Source of the DNA: Macrostomum lignano
Lineage: Eukaryota
Reading direction: 5' to 3'
NCBI GenBank assembly: GCA_002269645.1
Contig: NIVC01001551.1
Coordinates: 205,279-269,278 of the forward strand
Length of the DNA: 64,000 nucleotides
This document shows, in pieces, positions 56,795 through 64,000 of this stretch. The number at the start of each line of letters is the position of its first letter. Within the stretch, counting starts at the first letter, position 1. The position numbers and the translations under genes were made by a program. The notes beneath the pieces were generated by a model that had not been told where the DNA came from, did not search any database, and worked only from the letters and a program-made list of their open reading frames with translations.

Positions 56795-57450
56795 TGAACA
56801 ACAAGCTTCCGGTTGAACAAGCTTCCGGTTGAGCAACAAGCTTCCGGTTGAACAACAAGCTTCCGATTGAACAACAAGCTTCCGGTTGAGCAACAAGCTT
56901 CCGGTTGAACAACAAGCTTCTGGTTGAACAACAAGCTTCCGGTTGAACAACAAGCTTCCGGTTGAACAACAAGCTTCCGATTGAACAACAAGCTTCCGGT
57001 TGAACAACAAGCTTCCGGTTGAACAACAAGCTTCCGATTGAACAACAAGCTTCCGGTTGAACAACAAGCTTCCGGTTGAACAACAAGCTTCCGGTTGAAC
57101 AACAAGCTTCCGGTTGAACAACAAGCTTCCGGTTGAACAACAAGCTTCCGATTGAACAACAAGCTTCCGGTTGAACAACAAGCTTCCGGTTGAACAACAA
57201 GCTTCCGGTTGAACAACAAGCTTCCGATTGAACAACAAGCTTCCGGTTGAACAACAAGCTTCCGGTTGAACAACAAGCTTCCGGTTGAACAACAAGCTTC
57301 CGATTGAACAACAAGCTTCAGGTTGAGCAATAAGCTTTCGATTGAACAACAAGCTTCCGGTTGAACAACAAGCTTCCGGTTGAACAACAAGCTTCCGATT
57401 GAACAACAAGCTTCAGGTTGAGCAATAAGCTTTCTATTGAACAACAAGCT
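56795..57450. repeat. 19-bp minisatellite (aacaagcttccggttgaac)
   Basis: Tandem array. Confidence 0.95.
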
Positions 57451-57618
57451 TTCAATCTACTTGAATTGAGAACAAAGGTTCAAATAACAGAGTAAAATGC
57501 AAATATGTTATTTTTTTATCAAGTAAAAAATGCTTGACTCGGAAGGCACAAGGCACAACACAACAATGTACATTTAGCGCCAACCAATCAGAGACGCGCG
57601 ATTCTCTCTACCTTATTG

Positions 57619-60600
57619 TCAGTCAAAATAGTCGTCAATGTCAACTCCGGGGTCAAGCAGGTGCTCGCCAAACTGGCTGAGATCCAGCTGGTTGAGAATG
57701 AGATTCTCAAATGTCTCCTCAAGATCTGTCTCGCCAATAAGCACGCAGCCCTGCATTCGGCCGTTGCGCATGACGCACTTCACGTACTCGACGCCTGGGG
57801 TCACACGAAGCAGCGCCTCGTATTCGCCGCTGGCCAAGCCTTGTGCGTTGTACAGGCCTGACAATTGGGGGTTGAATTTCATACTGACTACTGACAGTAG
57901 CTTATAGGCATGTAAGCAAAACTAATGCTAGTAATAATTTATGCAGGTGTCGCTTTGGAAACGTTTGCCGCAACCAGAAATCATTTGGCGCTAATTTAAA
58001 CCATTTGGCGCTAATATAACCATTTGGCGTTAATATAAACCATTTGGCGCTAATATAAACCATTTGGCGCTAATAGAAACAATTTGGTGTCAATAGAAAA
58101 TAGTTGGCGTTACATAAAAGACAGCAAAGCACAGGCAGTGAGGCTCTGTGGAAGGCAGTGAGGCGCCGCCGTGGAAGGCAGTGAGGCGCCGTGGGAGGCA
58201 GTGAGGCGCCGTGGAGGCAATGAGGCGCCGTGGGAGGCAGTGAGGCGCCGTGGGAGGCCAGCATGGCTGGGCAAGAAGCGAACACGACAGCGGCGAGCGA
58301 CTCACCCAGCAGCACGATCTTGTAGCTGAAAAACCGGGTGACGTGGGTGAACAGCTCGAAGCCGATGTCCAGCGGAGGCGGCGACTCGCCCCGCCTGGCC
58401 GCTGACATGCAGCGGGCGGCAAACGAGCCGGTCTGGCGCGCCTGCGACCACAGGCGCATCTGAAACCACAGCCGCGTCTCCTCCGCCGCCGAGGAAGTCT
58501 CGCCGTCGGACGACCAACCGGCGCAGCCGCAAGCGTCACCGGCGGCGAACACGTGCGCCAAGGAGCTGCGCATGCCGCGGTCGACGGCCACGCCCTCAGC
58601 ATCCAGCGCCGGACCGACGCCGCCATCGGCTAGCAGGGCGGTCGGCGTCACTCCGGTTGCGCTGACAATCAAATCGACGCCCAGCAGTTCGCCGTTGCTG
58701 AGCGCGGCGAACACCGGCCAAGAATCGGTCAGAGCCGTGGTGTCGGTCGGAGCAGCTCGACGGCCTCCTTGGGGCTCAGAAGGCTGACGACCTCCACCGA
58801 GTAGATTATTCGAGTCTCCGCGGCGTCGCCTGCCGACGTCGCCGCTATCGCTGCCGGTGCAGCTGTCGGTGCCGATGCCGATGTCGATGACGGTGCCGGT
58901 GTCGATGCCGATGTTGGTGTTAATGTCGGTGCTGATGGCAGTGCCGATGTCGGTGCCGATGTTAGTGTCGCTGCCGATGTCGGTGCTGATGTCGGTGCTG
59001 ACGTCGGTGCCGATGTCGGTGCCGATGCTGGTGTCGCTGTCGATGTCGGTGTTTCTGCCGACCTCGACGATGCACCGACGCAGCCGCTAAGTTTAAAGCC
59101 GCTCGACCAGTCGGGGCCAAGGGCGCTTCCGGGAAACTGCTGACGCATCTGTTGCTGCTCTTGCTGCCTCTGCTGCTTAAGCGGGGGAGGGGCCGAGTCC
59201 TCGGCAAGTTGGAATCTGCAAAGGACCGAAAGGAAGCCGATAAATATTAAATAGCCCCACCGTCTCCATTCCCTGACACCCCACCGTCTCCATTCCCTGA
59301 CACCCCACCGTCTCCATTCCCTGACACCCACCGTCTCCATTCCCTAACACCCCACCGTCTCCATTCCCTGACACCCCACCGTCTCCATTCCCTGACACCC
59401 CACCGTCTCCATTCCCTGACACCCCACCGTCTCCATTCACTGACACCCCACCGTCTCCATTCCCTGACACCCCACCGTCTCCATTCCCTGACACCCCACC
59501 GTCTCCATTCCCTGAACCCCACCGTCTCCATTCCCTGACACCCCACCGTCTCCATTCCCTGACACCCCACCGTCTCCATTCCCTAACACCCCACCGTCTC
59601 CATTCCCTGACACCCCACCGTCCCTGACACCCCACCGTCTCCATCCCCCTGACGCCCCGACCGTCACTCCGATGCTTAGTCACGCCGGGCTTGTCGACCC
59701 TCGCCGCCAGGCCGCGCCAGACTGGGCAACAGGAACTGGCGCCGGCGCCGTCAAAGAACACGGCTCCGATGGAGTCCTGGCGCACCGCCCACACGACGTC
59801 GACGTTGCGCAACTCGTAAACCAGCTCGGTGGCGATGCCGCCGTTGCCAACGACAAGGACGCGTCGACACGTCGACAACTTCTTGGACAGGTCGGCCACA
59901 GTCTCGGTGTCGCGAATGCCCACAACCAGATCCGGGTGCTGCCGGGCCTGCGGAATCAGCTTCGGCGAAGCGCCGGTGCACAGGCACAGCTCCCCGTAGC
60001 CGATCCTGACCTCGGCAGCTTCGCCGGCTGCTGACGGCTCCGGATTGGCCAGCGAGGCGCGGAGCTGCCGAGTCTCCGCGTTGAAAAACCCGCGTGCAGC
60101 TGGCGTGCAGGACGCTAACGCTGCCGCAGCCGCTTCGCTGACGCTGTTGCCGCTGGAACTCGGCTAGCGGGCGCTCCTGGGATGGTCGGTGAGGTGTAAA
60201 TTGAGTCAGTGGGGTGTCAGTTGAGTCGGTGAGGTGTCAGTTGAGTCAGTGGGGTGTCAGTTGAGTCGGTGAGGTGTCAGTTGAGTCAGTGAGGTGTCAG
60301 TTGAGTCGGTGAGGTGTCAGTTGAGTTAGTGGGGTGTCAGTTGAGTCGGTGAGGTGTCAGTTGAGTCAGTGAGGTGTCAGTTGAGTCAGTGAGGTGTCAG
60401 TTGAGTCAGTGGGGTGTCAGTTGAGTCAGTGGGGTGTCAGTTGAGTCGATGAGGTGTCAGTTGAGTCGGTGAGGTGTCAGTTGAGTCAGTGAGGTGTCAG
60501 TTGAGTCGGTGAGGTGTCAGTTGAGTCAGTTGGGTTGTCAGTTGAGTCGGTGAGGTGTCAGTTGAGTCAGTGGGGTGTCAGCAGAGTCAATGGGGTGTCA

Positions 60601-60825
60601 GTAGAGACAGCAATCCAAAAAAGACCCGCCCTCAGCCGATAAACCTCAACGTCGAACTCTTCCAGCAGTTTGGTGACGGGCCGCAGGTTGGTGACGGCTT
60701 TGACCACAGGCGAGGCGGACACGATCAGCACCCGGGCGTCCGGCTCCAGCGCTGCCAGGGTCTCCGCGCAGGTGACACCGGCAATGCCGCCCCACAATGA
60801 CAAAGTCGTATTGGTGCTCAACCGC
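57619..60825 (-). CDS. PYROXD1: Pyridine nucleotide-disulfide oxidoreductase domain-containing protein 1. Exons 60825-60645, 60176-59662, 59215-58306, 57857-57619; at least 4 apparent indels; 5' end unresolved
   Basis: Highly diagnostic peptides: [127 protein letters not shown], and C-terminal IDDYFD*. Confidence 0.9.
59255..59650. repeat. 24-bp minisatellite (ccccaccgtctccattccctgaca), PYROXD1 intron
   Basis: Tandem array. Confidence 0.93.
60190..60600. repeat. 20-bp minisatellite (gagtcagtgaggtgtcagtt), PYROXD1 intron
   Basis: Tandem array. Confidence 0.93.
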
Positions 60826-60887
60826 CTGAAAACGGGCGCGGTTTGCCTCGCTGTCAGAGCAACTGTTGAATGCCACTTGCTGGTGCA

Positions 60888-61242
60888 CCACTCTGCCTAT
60901 GTTGAACTTGCAGGGATCTGTCACTCCAGCACCACTCTGCCTATGTTGGACTTGCAGGGATCTGTCACTCCAGCACCAGTCTGCCTATGTTGGACTTGCA
61001 GGGATCTGTCACTCCAGCACCACTCTGCCTATGTTGGACTTGCAGGGATCTGTCACTCCAGCACCACTCTGCCTATGTTGAGCTTGCAGGGATCTGTCAC
61101 TCCAGCACTACTCTGCCTATGTTGAGCTTGCAGGGATCTGTCACTCCAGCACTACTCTGCCTATGTTGAACTTGCAGGGATCTGTCACTCCAGCACCAGT
61201 CTGCCTATGTTGAACTTGCAGGGATCTGTCACTCCAGCACCA
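60888..61242. repeat. 44-bp minisatellite (cactctgcctatgttgaacttgcagggatctgtcactccagcac)
   Basis: About 8 tandem units. Confidence 0.93.
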
Positions 61243-62229
61243 GCCCCAATAAAAGCCTGGCAGATCTCTGAAAGCAATTGTAAACGAAACTACCCTTTTT
61301 TGTTCTAAATAAGTGTTGCAAAAAATCAAGTTTATGAAAACGCAGCGTGTGGCAAGTTTGAAAAATGAAGCAGACAAATAGTTTAGCACGGGTGCAGGTG
61401 CACTTATACACAACACACCCGCCAACACATACAAACACACACAAACAATATAAACTGTCATTTTATTTTTTCAACAAGCTTTCAAAAAAGTTGCACAATG
61501 CAAACGGTCTCTCTTTACATTTTTGATCTTCAAAAATAAAGTTCAGAGTTGGGAGGAATATCGGTAAAACAAAAAAACAATTCCTGACAACGGAGACAAA
61601 AAAAATCTCGGACAAAAGTCTGCAGAGATTAAAAGTACATTTGAATGATAGTTATTCTCACTTTGTTCGCGCACTTAAAGTACAAACACTGAGGTGTACT
61701 GTAATAATAACTACAAAACATTATAAGATAACAATACTGAGACACTGTGCAAATAACTAGCAAAATATTTTTTGTAAATATTTTATCCGTTGAAAAGTAG
61801 AACAAAACACCAACTGAGATAGCGAGACCAGACCTTTTTGACTCGGAACGAAAGACACAAAGCACACGAAAAGTACATAAGAGATATAAATAACAAATTA
61901 ACTAATCTGTTATACAATAGAAAAAATAACTTCAATAATTTGAAAATGGATCAAAATATTCGTAGTAATTTGCTGTTTAGCTACAGTAAAACAAAAAATA
62001 GAAACAAAAAGTAGCAACTCGACTTGCACACTTAGTACCGCGTTGAGTAAAAATTAAAATATAATTTTTTTTGGTTGGTTGAACGCGAACGAAAATTTTG
62101 ACGATAGATTTTTATTTGCCTCGGATACACAATACGAGCGATAAGCGCCAAACAAAAAACACTCTTCTAGGGAATTTCTGAAGCTAGCCGGAATATTTAT
62201 GCTTGCGTGTGTAGCAGGTGCACATTAGA

Positions 62230-62800
62230 GGGGGCAAGAGGTTGGCTGGTCGGGAGCGAGTGTACATTGGGGAAGAGGTTAGATGGCCGGCTCGGTGTAC
62301 ATTGCAGGCAGAGGTTGGCTGGTCATGATAGAGTGTACATTGCAGGCAGAGGTTGGCTGTCATGATAGAGTGTACATTGCAGGCAGAGGTTGGCTGGTCA
62401 TGATAGAGTGTACATTGCAGGCAGAGGTTGGCTGGTCATGATAGAGTGTACATTGCAGGCAGAGGTTGGCTGGTCATGATAGAGTGTACATTGCAGGCAG
62501 AGGTTGGCTGGTCATGATAGAGTGTACATTGCAGGCAGAGGTTGGCTGGTCATGATAGAGTGTACATTGGGGGGGAGAGGTTGGCTGGTCGGGAGCGAGT
62601 GTACATTGGGGAAGAGGTTGGCTAGCCGGGAGCGAGTGTACATTGGGGGAAGAGGTTGGCTGGCCGGGAGCGAGTGTACATTGGGGAAGAGGTTGGCTGG
62701 TCGGGAGCGAGTGTACATTGGGGAAGAGGTTGGCTAGCCGGGGTGGGTGTACATTGGGGGAAGAGGTTGGCTAGCCGGGAGCGAGTGTACATCGGCGGGC
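62230..62800. repeat. 38-bp minisatellite (ggcagaggttggctggtcatgatagagtgtacattgca)
   Basis: About 14 tandem units in two variant blocks. Confidence 0.93.
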
Positions 62801-63520
62801 GGCTCAAAATCGACATAAAAAGCTTAACAAATACAAAATGCCACGAAAAGCAGAGCACAAATTGCACAAAAAACTTTAAAGCCAGTAGAGTAAAAACAAA
62901 TGACAATTAAATGAGTGTGAGATATTTCCATAGTCTAATCGGGTTTTAAAAAAATTGCTTTATGCAATAACATTTAAAAAACAATCTTACACATCCTAAT
63001 GATGCCAGGGAATAAGGACTCCATTGCAGGAGCATAGAGTAACAACTCTTTGCCAACCATTTTCAGACCAGTATAGGCTGACTGCAATGGTTCCTCCGAT
63101 GAAAACGGCACCTAGGCCAAGAAGCGTCCCTCAATAAAAGATTAGTAATTGTGCATTCTCCAATATGTATTGTGCGTCAAACTGAAAACTCAGGGGTTGA
63201 ATACTCCGCGTTCACCTTGCTTGACCCCCATCGTCAGGCCGGATCACAGCAGCAGTGTAGCGTCAGTTCCGGCAGTTGGCGGCTGCTGCTGCTGGCGACC
63301 CGGGGCCTCATCAGCACCGCCTCCAGTCACAGTGCCATCGCCGTCCAGACTGGCCAGGACCTCCGTGGCCATCGTGTAAGAGTCCCGACGCACTGCGGAA
63401 CGGTTCGTCAGTGAATATAGTTTTCAGCAAGGGGGCGCTCTGGATTCAGCTGACCCCTGAGCACGCACAAGCTCACGAATGTACACTTCATCTGCCATCG
63501 GGGGCTGGGCCTCCTCGCTA

Positions 63521-63864
63521 GGGGTCGCCATCATAAGCTCGAAAAATCACATCGTCGAAAAGTTCAGCAAACATCATCACAATCTCGAAAAGGCACAAGC
63601 TCTAACCCTAACCCTAAGGCACCAGTACCCTAGCCTAACCCTAAACCCTAACCCTAAGGCACAAGTTCTAACCCCAACCCTAAACTTAACCCTAAGCCCT
63701 AACCCTAAGCCACAAGTTCTAACCCAACCCTAAACTTAACCCTAAACCCTAACCCTAAGGCACAAGTTCTAACCCTAACCCTATTCGAGATTGTGATGGT
63801 GGTTGCTAGACTTTTCGACGATATGTTTTTCGAGCTTGACTTTTCGAGCTTGTGTGAGGCCCCC
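63521..63864. mobile_element. Non-autonomous TIR element (MITE) with a telomere-like (CCCTAA)-rich core and 8-9-bp TSD
   Basis: About 55-bp imperfect inverted repeats at 63535-63589 and 63784-63837. GGGG/CCCC termini. Direct repeat cctcgcta(g) at 63513-63520/21 and 63865-63872/73. Core of degenerate aaccct repeats. Confidence 0.75.
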
Positions 63865-64000
63865 CCTCGCTAGTGTGAATCGCAAGACACCCCCCGAGAC
63901 CAAATTTTGTGCCACGACCCCAAAGAGAGATTGCAGTATAAAAAATCATAGCATAGTCAATGCTCGCTACTGATTAGTAGACGATTATTGATTTGTTTTT

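Noticed and set aside
63600-63783. True chromosome end or telomere
   Set aside because: The repeats are degenerate, short and enclosed by inverted arms, with unique DNA on both sides.

Overview
Eukaryotic (metazoan) genomic DNA. GC-rich coding exons with poly-Q/A/G runs sit in AT-rich DNA that is saturated with unrelated mini- and microsatellite arrays. This style resembles a free-living flatworm such as Macrostomum, but the taxon is an inference. Conserved genes, all on the minus strand: a METTL24-like protein with two Methyltransf_22 domains (371-2197), an ARHGAP11-like RhoGAP (8377-9864), a C12orf56/DUF4551 homologue (24945-33535, spliced), a Frizzled-5/8 (37338 to about 47000, spliced) and PYROXD1 (57619 to about 60825, spliced, with several indels). 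Most ORFs in the supplied track are artefacts of stop-free tandem repeats. Accessory highlights: (1) a 5.6-kb cluster (18974-24611) of four lineage-specific, repeat-built, His/Arg-rich proteins, three with signal peptides and one in a frame missed by the ORF track; (2) a minimal type-I hammerhead ribozyme (32052-32112) in a 560-bp module embedded in a (TCTA)n array, resembling a Penelope-like-element pLTR; (3) a hAT-type MITE with a perfect 8-bp TSD; (4) a TIR/TSD-bounded element whose core is telomere-like (CCCTAA) repeat.
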